From IMG/VR virus record IMGVR_UViG_3300027759_000048: 64,000 bases of DNA; one strand, written 5' to 3'. Below, one piece after another: positions 37,882-47,329 of this stretch. The stretch is from a virus. Each line of letters opens with the position of its first letter. Position 1 is the stretch's first letter. The position numbers were made by a program, and so were the translations under genes. Below the pieces are notes generated by a model that saw only the letters and a program-made list of their open reading frames with translations, did no database searches and was not told the origin of the DNA.

Positions 37882-38934
37882 ATGTCAGATATATTCAAAC
37901 AACTAATATCAGAAATTGATAATGAATACGCAGGCATCGTTGATGACGGTGTTGCTGCTGGTGATGTGTCAGGTTTCATTGGCACAGGCAGCTATGTAAT
38001 GAATGCATTACTATCAGGAACAATCTATGGTGGACTACCACAGAATAAGGTTACAGCATTTGCTGGTGAACCTTCTGTTGGTAAGACGTTCTATGCATTG
38101 AATGTGGTAAAGCAGTTTCTAGAGGACAACGCAAGTGGATTTGTATTTTACTTTGAGTCAGAGTCCGCTATCTCCAAGCAGTTCATTACTGATCGTGGCA
38201 TTGACGCAAAGCGTGTTGGCATTATTCCTGTGGCTACTGTTCAAGAGTTTAGAACACAGGCAGTAAAGATCCTTGACAAGTATCTTGAAGGCAAAGAGAA
38301 GCCACCAATGATCTTTGTTCTTGATAGTCTTGGCAATCTATCAACCGACAAAGAGATGCAAGATATCGCTGATGGTAAAGACACAAGAGACATGACAAGA
38401 GCCCAATTGGTTCGTGGTGCTTTTCGTGTTCTTACATTGAAACTTGGCAAGGCTCAGGTTCCGTTGATTGTTACTAACCATGTCTATGATGTTGTTGGTT
38501 CGTATGTGCCAATGAAAAAGATGGGCGGCGGCTCTGGTCTAGAGTATGCTGCTTCTACTATTGTGTTTCTTTCAAAGAAGAAAGATAAGACACTAGATGA
38601 TGACAATGGTAGAACTGGTGCTGTGATTACCGCACATCTCAAAAAGTCTCGTATGACTGTAGAAGATAAGAAAGTTGAAACTTGGCTAAACTATTCTTCA
38701 GGTCTTGACAAGTATTATGGTTTGCTTGATCTTGCTGAAAAGTATGGTATTATAAAGAAAGTTTCTACTCGTTTTGAGTTCCCAAATGGTGCCAAAGCAT
38801 TTGAAAAGGAAATCAAAAAGAATCCTGAAAAGTTCTTTACAAAGGAAATCTTGGATGCTATCAATGAAGGATGCCAGGCAGACTTTCTTTATGGCAAATA
38901 CAATGAAGAGGTAGAAGATGGAACTGGGAACTGA
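37882..38934 (+). CDS. uvsX: RecA-like recombinase UvsX
   Basis: [26 protein letters not shown]. Confidence 0.95.
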   Translation: MSDIFKQLISEIDNEYAGIVDDGVAAGDVSGFIGTGSYVMNALLSGTIYGGLPQNKVTAFAGEPSVGKTFYALNVVKQFLEDNASGFVFYFESESAISKQFITDRGIDAKRVGIIPVATVQEFRTQAVKILDKYLEGKEKPPMIFVLDSLGNLSTDKEMQDIADGKDTRDMTRAQLVRGAFRVLTLKLGKAQVPLIVTNHVYDVVGSYVPMKKMGGGSGLEYAASTIVFLSKKKDKTLDDDNGRTGAVITAHLKKSRMTVEDKKVETWLNYSSGLDKYYGLLDLAEKYGIIKKVSTRFEFPNGAKAFEKEIKKNPEKFFTKEILDAINEGCQADFLYGKYNEEVEDGTGN

Positions 38935-39271
38935 TTATAAGTTTAGAGATGATTTATTTAACGCAAAAGAAGCAGGATCTACGGTTCCTATTGAATTAAC
39001 CCTTGACCCTTTTGCTGGAGTAGTGTATCGTTATACAACTGTTACATTCAAGATGGGTGAGGATAACATTCCTCGCCTACTCTATGATTATGAGATCATC
39101 AAGACAAATGATTTGTCAATGACGACCTTGAGAAAGAATGAAAAGTTCAATGCGGCATTAGGATTAATTCTTAATACTGTATTGTTGGAATCGTCAGAAG
39201 TGGAGGGTGTGAGTGAGACTAGAACAAACGATACTGAAGAATCTGATCAAGGATCAGAATTACACTCGTAA
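38918..39271 (+). CDS. hypothetical protein (gp40 position)
   Basis: Lies between uvsX and 41. Confidence 0.65.
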   Translation: MELGTDYKFRDDLFNAKEAGSTVPIELTLDPFAGVVYRYTTVTFKMGEDNIPRLLYDYEIIKTNDLSMTTLRKNEKFNAALGLILNTVLLESSEVEGVSETRTNDTEESDQGSELHS

Positions 39272-40586
39272 GGTTCTACCATTTCTGAAAGAAGAATACT
39301 TTGGTAATATGGAAGATCGGCTGCTTTTCAAAGAAGTGGCCGACTTCTTATTGAAGTATGGTGAGCAACCTACGTTTGATGCTCTTGATATTGAGATTAA
39401 CAACATTCGTGGCACAACGGATGATACTGTTAAGTCAATGCGGGAGACACTAAAAACTCTTAATGGTGACACAGAAAAGACAAACCCAGATTGGCTTTTA
39501 GACAATACTGAAAAGTTTTGCCAGGAAAAGGCAATCTATAATGCTATCACATCTTCATTGGAGATTATGAATGGCAAGGGCAAACTTACCAAAGGCGCTA
39601 TTCCTTCTCTTTTGTCTGATGCTCTTGCTATCTCTTTTGATCCTAATGTCGGCCATGATTATATAGAACAAGCAAATGATCGTTATGATTACTATCATCG
39701 TGTAGAAGAAAGAATACCTTTTGACCTAGATTACTTTAACAAGATTACGAAGAATGGCATTCCAAAGAAAACTCTTAATATCGTTATGGCTGGCGTCGGC
39801 GTTGGTAAGTCACTTACTCTATGTCACTTTGCTTCTGGTTATATAAACCAGGGCAAGAATGTTTTATATATCTCTATGGAACTTGCTGAAGAGGAAGTTG
39901 CTAAACGTATTGATGCTAATGTTCTAAATGTATCAATGGATGATCTTATGGTTCTACCAAGAGATATCTATGACAAGAAGATTGAAACACTGAAACAAAA
40001 GACTAACGGTAAGTTGATTGTTAAAGAGTATCCAACTGCTTCAGCCTCAACTGTTCATTTTAGATCATTGTTGAATGAACTTAACTTGAAGAAAGGATTT
40101 GTGCCAGACGTTATCATGATTGACTATCTCAACATTTGTGCCTCGGCTCGTATTAAACCAGGCAATGGTGTAAATTCTTACACATACATTAAAGCCATTG
40201 CTGAAGAGTTGCGAGGTCTTGCGGTAGAGTATAATGTTCCGATCTGGTCTGCCACACAGTTGACAAGAGGTGGGTATGGTTCAACTGATCCTGACCTTAC
40301 TGATACTTCCGAATCATTTGGTCTTCCAGCTACTGCGGATTTCTTCGTTGCTTTGATTGTAACGGAACAGTTGGAACAGTTAAATCAAATCATGGTAAAG
40401 CAATTGAAAAATAGGTATGCTGATCCATCCAGGTATAAAAGAGATGTAATAGGAGTTGACAAGACACGTATGAAGTTGTATGATGTTGAACAGTCTGCCA
40501 AAGATATAGTGGATACTGGGGAAGATATTCCTCAACCTAAACCAAAGTTTGAGAACAAGAACAAGTTCAAAGGATTAAAAGTATGA
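39213..40586 (+). CDS. 41: replicative helicase gp41
   Basis: AGVGVGKS, KEYPT, IDYLNI, AEELRG, SESFGLPATAD, KQLKNRY. Confidence 0.96.
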   Translation: MRLEQTILKNLIKDQNYTRKVLPFLKEEYFGNMEDRLLFKEVADFLLKYGEQPTFDALDIEINNIRGTTDDTVKSMRETLKTLNGDTEKTNPDWLLDNTEKFCQEKAIYNAITSSLEIMNGKGKLTKGAIPSLLSDALAISFDPNVGHDYIEQANDRYDYYHRVEERIPFDLDYFNKITKNGIPKKTLNIVMAGVGVGKSLTLCHFASGYINQGKNVLYISMELAEEEVAKRIDANVLNVSMDDLMVLPRDIYDKKIETLKQKTNGKLIVKEYPTASASTVHFRSLLNELNLKKGFVPDVIMIDYLNICASARIKPGNGVNSYTYIKAIAEELRGLAVEYNVPIWSATQLTRGGYGSTDPDLTDTSESFGLPATADFFVALIVTEQLEQLNQIMVKQLKNRYADPSRYKRDVIGVDKTRMKLYDVEQSAKDIVDTGEDIPQPKPKFENKNKFKGLKV

Positions 40587-40816
40587 CCAAATACAAATAC
40601 TATCCTGAGTTCAATGATGACGATGAATTGCTTTGGCTTGTTCATGAGGAAGCGAGTGACCAGATTGTTGCTCAGTTTTTCTTTGAGGAAGACGCACAGG
40701 CTCTTTGTGACTTTCTGGGTAAAGGTGGTGGCTTCGCTGGCTTCACACCATCTTTCATTCTTCAAAGAGTTCCTGTTCAAGATATCAATCAAACCTTTCA
40801 GGCTGAGTTTGCTTAA
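40583..40816 (+). CDS. hypothetical protein
   Basis: GGGFAGFTPSF motif; coupled to 41. Confidence 0.7.
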   Translation: MTKYKYYPEFNDDDELLWLVHEEASDQIVAQFFFEEDAQALCDFLGKGGGFAGFTPSFILQRVPVQDINQTFQAEFA

Positions 40817-40817
40817 T

Positions 40818-40894
40818 GGTCCCATAGCTCAACAGGATAGAGTAACTGCCTTCTAAGCAGTAGGTTGGATGTTCGAGTCATCCTGGGATCGCCA
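40818..40894 (+). tRNA. tRNA-Arg (anticodon TCT)
   Basis: GGTCCCA/TGGGATC acceptor stem, TAGCTCAA..GGATAGAG D arm, ACTGC-CTTCTAA-GCAGT anticodon arm, GTTCGAGT T loop, encoded CCA. Confidence 0.95.
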
Positions 40895-40913
40895 TTACAT
40901 TATGGAGATGAAA

Positions 40914-41093
40914 ATGCGTGAAGATACAAAGCATACATACTATTGGGTAGTTGAAGCAACAGACAATGGTAAAGTGATCTTTCGTAAAGAGTATCACGAT
41001 AAAGAAGGTAAAGCGTTTCGTGCTTACAATTCTTTGAAGTCAAGTGGAACTGTTTCAATTCAACGCAAATGGCATCAAAGGAATGTAGCATGA
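40914..41093 (+). CDS. hypothetical protein
   Basis: GGAG RBS. Confidence 0.6.
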   Translation: MREDTKHTYYWVVEATDNGKVIFRKEYHDKEGKAFRAYNSLKSSGTVSIQRKWHQRNVA

Positions 41094-41536
41094 ATAAAGA
41101 TGAACTAAAGAGACAAGCCATCTTTAGAATGATCATGTTCTTTGCTATTACAATTGTTATTGGCTTTATTGCCAGCGACATTAACATACTATCAAGTCAA
41201 TAGGAGATAACCATGTTCAACTTATCAGATGAAACAAGAACAGCCATTATCGCCATTCTTAGAGATAAGTTTGGTGTTACACAGACAGACGATGAAATCA
41301 ATACGGTCATTGATGAAATCGTTGACACAGTAAAACGTCAGTTTGGAATGTAAGGAGAAAAAACAATGGCAACAAATCCTCCACAAGAAATTCCACAAGA
41401 AGTTCTGGATCAACTTTTTAACACAATGAGATCAAAGCTGCCTGCTGAGGTTTCTGACGATGTTATTCGAGATATTATGACAATCAATTTGCAGATTGTT
41501 AGGCAGTTTCTACAAAGCACAGCACCTCCGTTTTAA
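41090..41536 (+). other. three tandem micro-ORFs (41090-41203, 41213-41353, 41366-41536)
   Basis: Each is coupled to its neighbour or has an AGGAG RBS; 37, 46 and 56 aa; absent from the ORF track. Confidence 0.6.
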
Positions 41537-42147
41537 TGTATATTGAAAAGTATTCTGGTGATCTAGAAAAGTTACAGAAACATCTTTATCCTATCATCTA
41601 TGATATGGTTAAAGTTGCTAAAGATGAACTTGCTGGTAAACCAGATACTCCTAATCTTAATGTGTTGAAAGGAACATCTACAGCATTCATTGCTGATGGT
41701 AGTGGTAATAATATACACAAAAATCCTGAGTTCAAAGAGATCACAGATTTTGTTATTGAGGCAGCTAACAGATACTTTGATGTAGAAGGATTGCCTAAAG
41801 ACAAATTGCAGATTGCCATGGCTTGGGTTAATGTGTATCCTAAAGGATCATATATCAAACCACATTATCATACTTTTCTTCCTGAAGTCCGTAGTGCAGT
41901 ATTCTATCTAAAGAGTTATGACAACTCTGGCAAACTATTCTTGAAAGATCATCCGAAACCTTATCTGTTAAACGAAGGTGAAGTATGTTTCTTTCCCTCT
42001 GAAATAGAACACTGGACAAGTCCTAACGAAAACGATGAAGATAGAATCATGATCGGATATGATATCTATTACGGAACATTTACTGAAAGGCAACTAAAAT
42101 CCCTCTTAAAAAGAGTGTTTGAGCATTGGTATACAATATGGACTTGA
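41536..42147 (+). CDS. 2OG-Fe(II) oxygenase (TIGR02466-like)
   Basis: AWVN, HYH, SAVFYL, FFPS...H, RI. Confidence 0.85.
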   Translation: MYIEKYSGDLEKLQKHLYPIIYDMVKVAKDELAGKPDTPNLNVLKGTSTAFIADGSGNNIHKNPEFKEITDFVIEAANRYFDVEGLPKDKLQIAMAWVNVYPKGSYIKPHYHTFLPEVRSAVFYLKSYDNSGKLFLKDHPKPYLLNEGEVCFFPSEIEHWTSPNENDEDRIMIGYDIYYGTFTERQLKSLLKRVFEHWYTIWT

Positions 42148-42181
42148 CATTCCGGGCTTTTTATGCTATTATAAAGCATAA
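42144..42181 (+). promoter_or_regulatory. early promoter with a palindrome over -10/+1
   Basis: TTGACA-N17-TATTAT; TTATGCT...AGCATAA. Confidence 0.8.
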
Positions 42182-42201
42182 TGAGAAAGGAAATGGAATA
42201 G

Positions 42202-42663
42202 ATGAATAAAGTATGGGTATTTGATATTGACGGAACGCTGGCCGATAATGAACATCGGATGCACCATCTTGATGGTAAAAAAGAATGGGACGCATTCTTT
42301 GCCAAGCAACATTTGGATGAACCATATCAGCCAGTGATTGATGTTCTACATGCGCTGGCTAATGATCGTCCTGGTGATGCTGTCATTATCGTTACAGCCC
42401 GAGATGAGCGTTTCCGTGAAGATACCTTAGAGTGGCTTAATCGTCATATACCTTGGATCTCACATGATCACATGTATATGCGCCCTCGAGGTTTTCGTGG
42501 TGATGATGATAAGATGAAAGTTGATATCATCAAGACTTGGTTACAGCGTCATCCTAACTATACGGTTGGCGCAATCTTTGATGATCGTCACCGTATCATT
42601 GATGCCTTCCGCAATGAAGGTTGGTACACTTTCGAGTGTAATCAAACACGCAAGGAGTTTTAA
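42202..42663 (+). CDS. HAD phosphatase (PseT C-terminal 3'-phosphatase-like)
   Basis: FDIDGTLA, VTAR, YMRP, K, FDDR. Confidence 0.85.
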   Translation: MNKVWVFDIDGTLADNEHRMHHLDGKKEWDAFFAKQHLDEPYQPVIDVLHALANDRPGDAVIIVTARDERFREDTLEWLNRHIPWISHDHMYMRPRGFRGDDDKMKVDIIKTWLQRHPNYTVGAIFDDRHRIIDAFRNEGWYTFECNQTRKEF

Positions 42664-42665
42664 TC

Positions 42666-43148
42666 TTGAATAAGTTTCTATCGGCTGCGGCCATTTTCAT
42701 TACACTGACAACTTCGGCCGCTGCCGATCCGTTATCTGATTTTTTCGATGGTGCCTTTGGCGGGCAACAACCACAGCAACAGCAGAAAGTGACAAGAGGT
42801 AAACATGGCCGCAGCATTCAAAGCGACGATACTAATGATTGGACTGCTAGTTGGGGTAATCATGGTAATGCAGGGAGCCATATGGTTGCTTCATTCTACG
42901 GGCATGGTGAACGTTTATCAAGACACACGGCATCAGGAGCGGTTTTCAACCCGCACGGATATTCAGCCGCACATAGAACAATGCCGTTTGGTACACATCT
43001 ACGAGTATGTCACCACGGCTGCGTCACGGTAGTTGTCAATGATCGAGGTCCCTTTGTTAGAGGTCGGCATCTTGATCTTAGTTACGGTGCTGCTCATGCT
43101 ATTGGAATGAATAGCACATCTTCCGTCAGTGTAGAAAGATTGAATTGA
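42666..43148 (+). CDS. rlpA: RlpA-like lytic transglycosylase (DPBB), secreted
   Basis: Signal peptide; ASFYG, TASG, AAHRTMPFGT, VNDRGPF, DLS. Confidence 0.9.
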   Translation: MNKFLSAAAIFITLTTSAAADPLSDFFDGAFGGQQPQQQQKVTRGKHGRSIQSDDTNDWTASWGNHGNAGSHMVASFYGHGERLSRHTASGAVFNPHGYSAAHRTMPFGTHLRVCHHGCVTVVVNDRGPFVRGRHLDLSYGAAHAIGMNSTSSVSVERLN

Positions 43149-43561
43149 TAATACTTATAACTGGACTATCTGGCTCAGGCAAAACAACATTTGCCTGTAG
43201 CCTCATAGACGGATTGATGGAAAGTAAAAAATCTTTCATATGGTTCAATGGTGATAACATAAGAAAGATGTATGATGACTGGGACTTTTCTGATGCTGGT
43301 CGATTGAGACAAGCAAAGAGAATGTCAGAAAAAGCCAAGACATGTAATGAGTTAGGATTAGTTGTTGTATGTGATTTCATATGTCCGACACAACAATTGA
43401 GAAAAGTTTTCAATGCTGATAAGATTGTGTGGATGGACACAATCAAAGAAAGTCAGTATAAAGATACTGATAGATTATTTGAACCACCAGATTATACTAT
43501 TCGAATAACGGACTTTAGTGAGTTTGATGAAAACATTTCACTTCTTTGTGGGACTGCCTAG
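43145..43561 (+). CDS. cysC: adenylylsulfate kinase-like protein
   Basis: TGLSGSGKTT, NGDNIR, DFS..GR. Confidence 0.75.
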   Translation: MIILITGLSGSGKTTFACSLIDGLMESKKSFIWFNGDNIRKMYDDWDFSDAGRLRQAKRMSEKAKTCNELGLVVVCDFICPTQQLRKVFNADKIVWMDTIKESQYKDTDRLFEPPDYTIRITDFSEFDENISLLCGTA

Positions 43562-44303
43562 ATCAGGCGGCACAGTATTATCCAGCATACTAAATCAAAA
43601 TCCAGATGTTCATGTGGCATCAACCACAGCAATGTTTGAGGTTCTAAAAGCAGTTGATGAGACGTGGCACAAGACGCCAACGATGATCGCACATCCCATA
43701 CCAGAACAACTAAAGAATATAACTAAAGCAGTTGTAGATAGTATGTGGAAACATAGAAGCGAACCAATCATCATTGATAGAAATAGAGCATGGGGATCTA
43801 ATATGTCTTTTGCTCAAAAGGTCTTTGAAAAAGATATAAAGGTGTTCATCACAACAAGAGACTTACCTAGTGCTATGACTAGTTGGGCAACTCTATACAA
43901 GAAAGAGAATCCCAACGCCAATCAATCAGATGTTGAAAGATATGTAAAGGAGATGTGGAAGAACTTTGTTGAACCATCTACTAAGTCCATAATCGATCTA
44001 GTAAAGCACTCCGACGTTTTGTTGATTAACTATGATGACTTTATCAATCACACAATTGAACAACTTAGTAGAATAGAAACGTTTCTTGACTTACCTAAAC
44101 ATACATACGATCTAGAGAATATCAAAGGCGACTTTCAAGAAAAGAACATCGTGCCATTTGGTCCAAAGAATATGCACTATATAAGATCAAAGATTGAAAA
44201 AATATCTGTGCCTGCAGAAGAAGAACTTGGCCCAACTCTGTTTGAGCATTTCAAAAATCTTGATGAAAAATATAAAAGCGAGTTACATCATGGAAATCAT
44301 TAA
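43527..44303 (+). CDS. sulfotransferase
   Basis: GLPRSGGT 5'-PSB motif, RD...AMTS. Confidence 0.85.
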   Translation: MKTFHFFVGLPRSGGTVLSSILNQNPDVHVASTTAMFEVLKAVDETWHKTPTMIAHPIPEQLKNITKAVVDSMWKHRSEPIIIDRNRAWGSNMSFAQKVFEKDIKVFITTRDLPSAMTSWATLYKKENPNANQSDVERYVKEMWKNFVEPSTKSIIDLVKHSDVLLINYDDFINHTIEQLSRIETFLDLPKHTYDLENIKGDFQEKNIVPFGPKNMHYIRSKIEKISVPAEEELGPTLFEHFKNLDEKYKSELHHGNH

Positions 44304-44898
44304 AGACCTTCTATCAAGAGAGAAACAAAACGAAATCGAGAGAGAGTTGCTTAATGGCAACTTTCCTTGGTACTATACAGCCGAAGCAACCTATGACCAA
44401 TTCAAAGATTACCGAACACTAAACACATCTTTCTTTGGTCACATCTTCTATGTGAATGGCAAGATAATGTCGGAACATTATTATCCTTTGGTCATTCAAC
44501 CAATCGTTGAGGCGCTTGAACGATACAAAGGTAAGAGATACCAAAATCGTATCTGGCGTGTCAAAGCTAACCTATATACAAAAGACGGTTCTTATCCAGA
44601 AGACTTTCATCATCCACCACATGTAGATAACTCCGACGATAACTTTCGTGGCGAAACTTTTCTATACTTTGTGAATGATGCTGATGGTGACACATTTTTC
44701 TTTAATGAGCATTATGATTATGTTCATAAAAGATACGGCCCGGAAAACTTTGACGGAAGATTTACAAATCAGCTAAGAGTTCCACCAGAGAAAGGTAAAT
44801 CTGTTCTAATTCCACTAACTCAGTGCCACACATCATCTATTCCGAGAAGTGGTGGTCCTCGTGTCACATTGAATTTTGTTTTTGGTGAGGTTTTCTAG
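44290..44898 (+). CDS. 2OG-Fe(II) oxygenase (paralogue of 30736)
   Basis: RVKANLY, YPEDFHHPPHVD, NDADGDT, HTSSIP..RVTLNFVF. Confidence 0.8.
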   Translation: MEIIKDLLSREKQNEIERELLNGNFPWYYTAEATYDQFKDYRTLNTSFFGHIFYVNGKIMSEHYYPLVIQPIVEALERYKGKRYQNRIWRVKANLYTKDGSYPEDFHHPPHVDNSDDNFRGETFLYFVNDADGDTFFFNEHYDYVHKRYGPENFDGRFTNQLRVPPEKGKSVLIPLTQCHTSSIPRSGGPRVTLNFVFGEVF

Positions 44899-44948
44899 TA
44901 TAAATAACACTACTTGACATTCCGCTCTTAGGATGCTATTATAAGCAT
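44899..44948 (+). promoter_or_regulatory. tandem late (TATAAATA) and early (TTGACA-N17-TATTAT) promoters
   Basis: TATAAATA 44899-44906; TTGACA 44914; ATGCT/AGCAT palindrome. Confidence 0.8.
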
Positions 44949-44977
44949 ACTGATAGCACACTTGAAGGAAGACTTAG

Positions 44978-45316
44978 ATGAGAAACAAGGTTATCGCTCT
45001 TATTGCCGCAATTGGTATTTCCTTTGCGGTTGCTACACCTGCTAATGCTCAGTTTTGGGGCGGCTACGGTGGATACTATCCTGGCTTTGGTTATGGTGGT
45101 TGGGGTTACGGTGGATATGGTTACGGTGCTGCCGCTCTTGGTGCTGGTCTAGCTGTTGGTGCTATCGCTGGTGCTATTGCTGCTAGTAATCAGCCTTACT
45201 ATGGCGGATACTATTATGATGGTTATGCTGCTCCACGTGTAGTCCAGAAGAAACAGATTATCATCCGTAACAGTCCGGGTGCAAGAGTTATTGAACAGGA
45301 CATCTTTGATTGGTGA
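44978..45316 (+). CDS. secreted Gly/Tyr-rich protein (glycine-zipper type)
   Basis: Signal peptide ending ANA; GYGG repeats; AAALGAGLAVGAIAGAIAA. Confidence 0.8.
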   Translation: MRNKVIALIAAIGISFAVATPANAQFWGGYGGYYPGFGYGGWGYGGYGYGAAALGAGLAVGAIAGAIAASNQPYYGGYYYDGYAAPRVVQKKQIIIRNSPGARVIEQDIFDW

Positions 45317-45323
45317 TTGAATA

Positions 45324-45614
45324 ATGTGCTATTACACTGTCACACTGGATCACATGGTTCCAACTGAGGGTCATAAACGTGCGATTATGATCCTCGATGC
45401 TAAAGATGAGACCGAAGCCTCTGCTAAGTTTCTTAACACCTTCGGTCCACAATATCATAATGATATAGACTTAGTGAAAGGCATACATATACCACAAGGC
45501 TTTGATCGTCTATTGACAGATCAGGCAAGAAAGTATATTATGAAAGTAAAGACAAAGGCAGAGGATGCTCCTCCGCTTATGTCATATCAGAATATGCTAC
45601 ATTTGACATATTGA
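45324..45614 (+). CDS. hypothetical protein
   Basis: 96-aa ORF. Confidence 0.6.
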   Translation: MCYYTVTLDHMVPTEGHKRAIMILDAKDETEASAKFLNTFGPQYHNDIDLVKGIHIPQGFDRLLTDQARKYIMKVKTKAEDAPPLMSYQNMLHLTY

Positions 45615-45639
45615 CAGAATATGCTACAATCAACATAAT
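45603..45639 (+). promoter_or_regulatory. two overlapping sigma70-type promoters
   Basis: TTGACA-N16-TACAAT and TTGACA-N17-CATAAT. Confidence 0.6.
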
Positions 45640-45809
45640 GAGGTGAATATGGAATATGTTTTTGTGAATGACTGGTTCATCTACTGGTTCGCTACTGTAG
45701 CAATGATTATCTGGACCTCAATGGCATGGCTAATGTTGGTCGCTACCGTGTTTATAACAACGGTTGTATATGATATCTTTAAACAAGTTACTTTGAAGTG
45801 GAAAAAGAA

Positions 45810-46157
45810 ATGAAATATGTAATCATCTTGTTAGCAGGTTTGTTTCTAACATCGGCATATGCTAAAGAACGGATGGACGGCAAAGCGGCGGAAGAAAAGT
45901 TAGTTTGTGTTAGTAATGCTGAATTAGATAAGACAATGAAAGAAAAGGGATATGGTATCCTTTTGAATATGACAAACGATAATGGTGTTGTTGAAACTGT
46001 ATGGATTGGTGGTCAGTCTATTATGATTACTGCCGCTGTTGAGAAGCAGGACACAAGCTGCCTTTTAGCCGCAATGAAAAATGTGACTTACAATCCAAAT
46101 GCAATAGAACAGATTTACGAAATTTATAAGAAACAAACTAAGCAGAAGGATATCTGA
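45810..46157 (+). CDS. secreted hypothetical protein
   Basis: Signal peptide ending AYA; two Cys. Confidence 0.7.
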   Translation: MKYVIILLAGLFLTSAYAKERMDGKAAEEKLVCVSNAELDKTMKEKGYGILLNMTNDNGVVETVWIGGQSIMITAAVEKQDTSCLLAAMKNVTYNPNAIEQIYEIYKKQTKQKDI

Positions 46158-46158
46158 T

Positions 46159-46506
46159 ATGGCATGGGGTTATCACCTAAGTCTTGATTGTTATGGTGGA
46201 GTTAAAGAGTTCATTACAAACAAAAACAATATCGCTTCGTTTGCTAAAGAGTTAGTGAAGCGTATTGACATGAAAGCATATGGTGAGCCCCAGGTCATTC
46301 ACTTTGGTGAAGGCAATAAGCAAGGTTATACACTTGTCCAGCTTATTGAAACATCAAACATCTGTGGTCATTTCTGTGACGATACAGGCAACTTTTATCT
46401 TGATGTTTTCTCATGTAAGCCATATGATACACAACAGGTACACAGAGCGGTAGAAGAGTTTTTCTCTCCTGATCGTATAGTAGAGCATTACATAGAAAGA
46501 GAATAG
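46159..46506 (+). CDS. speD: S-adenosylmethionine decarboxylase proenzyme-like
   Basis: GYHLSLDC, GYTLVQLIETSNICGHF, YLDVFSCK. Confidence 0.85.
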   Translation: MAWGYHLSLDCYGGVKEFITNKNNIASFAKELVKRIDMKAYGEPQVIHFGEGNKQGYTLVQLIETSNICGHFCDDTGNFYLDVFSCKPYDTQQVHRAVEEFFSPDRIVEHYIERE

Positions 46507-46507
46507 T

Positions 46508-47131
46508 ATGCCCGAAACATTTGGATTGTTTTCAACTCCTGTTGTTTCGTTTGAGATGAATAGAGATTTTACCGAAGAAGAACTGGACTCGATATTATCA
46601 CATTCTGAAAACGCACGACCAGGACTTATGGGTAATAGAACAACTGTAGGTAGAAATGTTCTAGACGATCCAGAGCTTTCTGACATTAGAAAATTTGTAG
46701 ATGAAAGTCTTGAATGGTATGTTGGCAATATACAGAAACCAAAAGATAAGTTTGAAGTATACCTAACTCAATCTTTTGTTAATCTGATTAGTAATGGTCA
46801 GGGTCATCATGTTCATACACACCCTAACAGTTACTTGTCAGGCGTTCTCTATGTTCAAGCCAATCAAGATAATGACAGTGTCACATTTATAGGCGAGGCA
46901 GCAGCATGTCCAAAGTTTTTCAGTCTACCAACTGAGGATTTCAATGTGTTCAATAGCAATAGATGGTCAATGCCAGTCTGGACGGGAAGACTTTTGATCT
47001 TTCCTTCTAATGTGCCGCATCAAGTGAATCTTGTGAATAATTCATATGAAAGGATCAGTATAGCGTTCAATACGTTTATAAGAGGTCAAATCGGTATGGA
47101 AGAAGAATACACATTATTGGACTTAAAGTGA
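46508..47131 (+). CDS. 2OG-Fe(II) oxygenase (TIGR02466-like)
   Basis: HTHPNSYLSGVLY, IFPSNVPH.V, RISIAFN. Confidence 0.9.
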   Translation: MPETFGLFSTPVVSFEMNRDFTEEELDSILSHSENARPGLMGNRTTVGRNVLDDPELSDIRKFVDESLEWYVGNIQKPKDKFEVYLTQSFVNLISNGQGHHVHTHPNSYLSGVLYVQANQDNDSVTFIGEAAACPKFFSLPTEDFNVFNSNRWSMPVWTGRLLIFPSNVPHQVNLVNNSYERISIAFNTFIRGQIGMEEEYTLLDLK

Positions 47132-47151
47132 TTTCTTGAATATCAGAAACC

Positions 47152-47329
47152 ACTAAATAGATTACAGGCTTGCGACTTTGCGGTCTGTAAATAGCCAACG
47201 ACTGCGAATGTACCAGCGTTGGCACCCATCCCCTTCTCGGCAGGCAATGCCTAAAACAATCCCACATTTCATTAATCTTTCGTTTACTGTGGAGTATTGT
47301 CCGTGGAGGCATAACAGAAAGGTACTACT
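47152..47329 (+). ncRNA. structured late 5' leader (three hairpins)
   Basis: ACTAAATA promoter; stems TTACAGGC/GTCTGTAA, GCCAACG/CGTTGGC, ATGCCT/AGGCAT+ACAAT/ATTGT+CCACA/TGTGG. Confidence 0.55.

Noticed and set aside
45053-45230. GGT/TAT-rich repeats as a tandem repeat or CRISPR-like array
   Set aside because: They are codon-level repeats of a Gly/Tyr-rich protein; no repeat-spacer structure was seen anywhere in the window.
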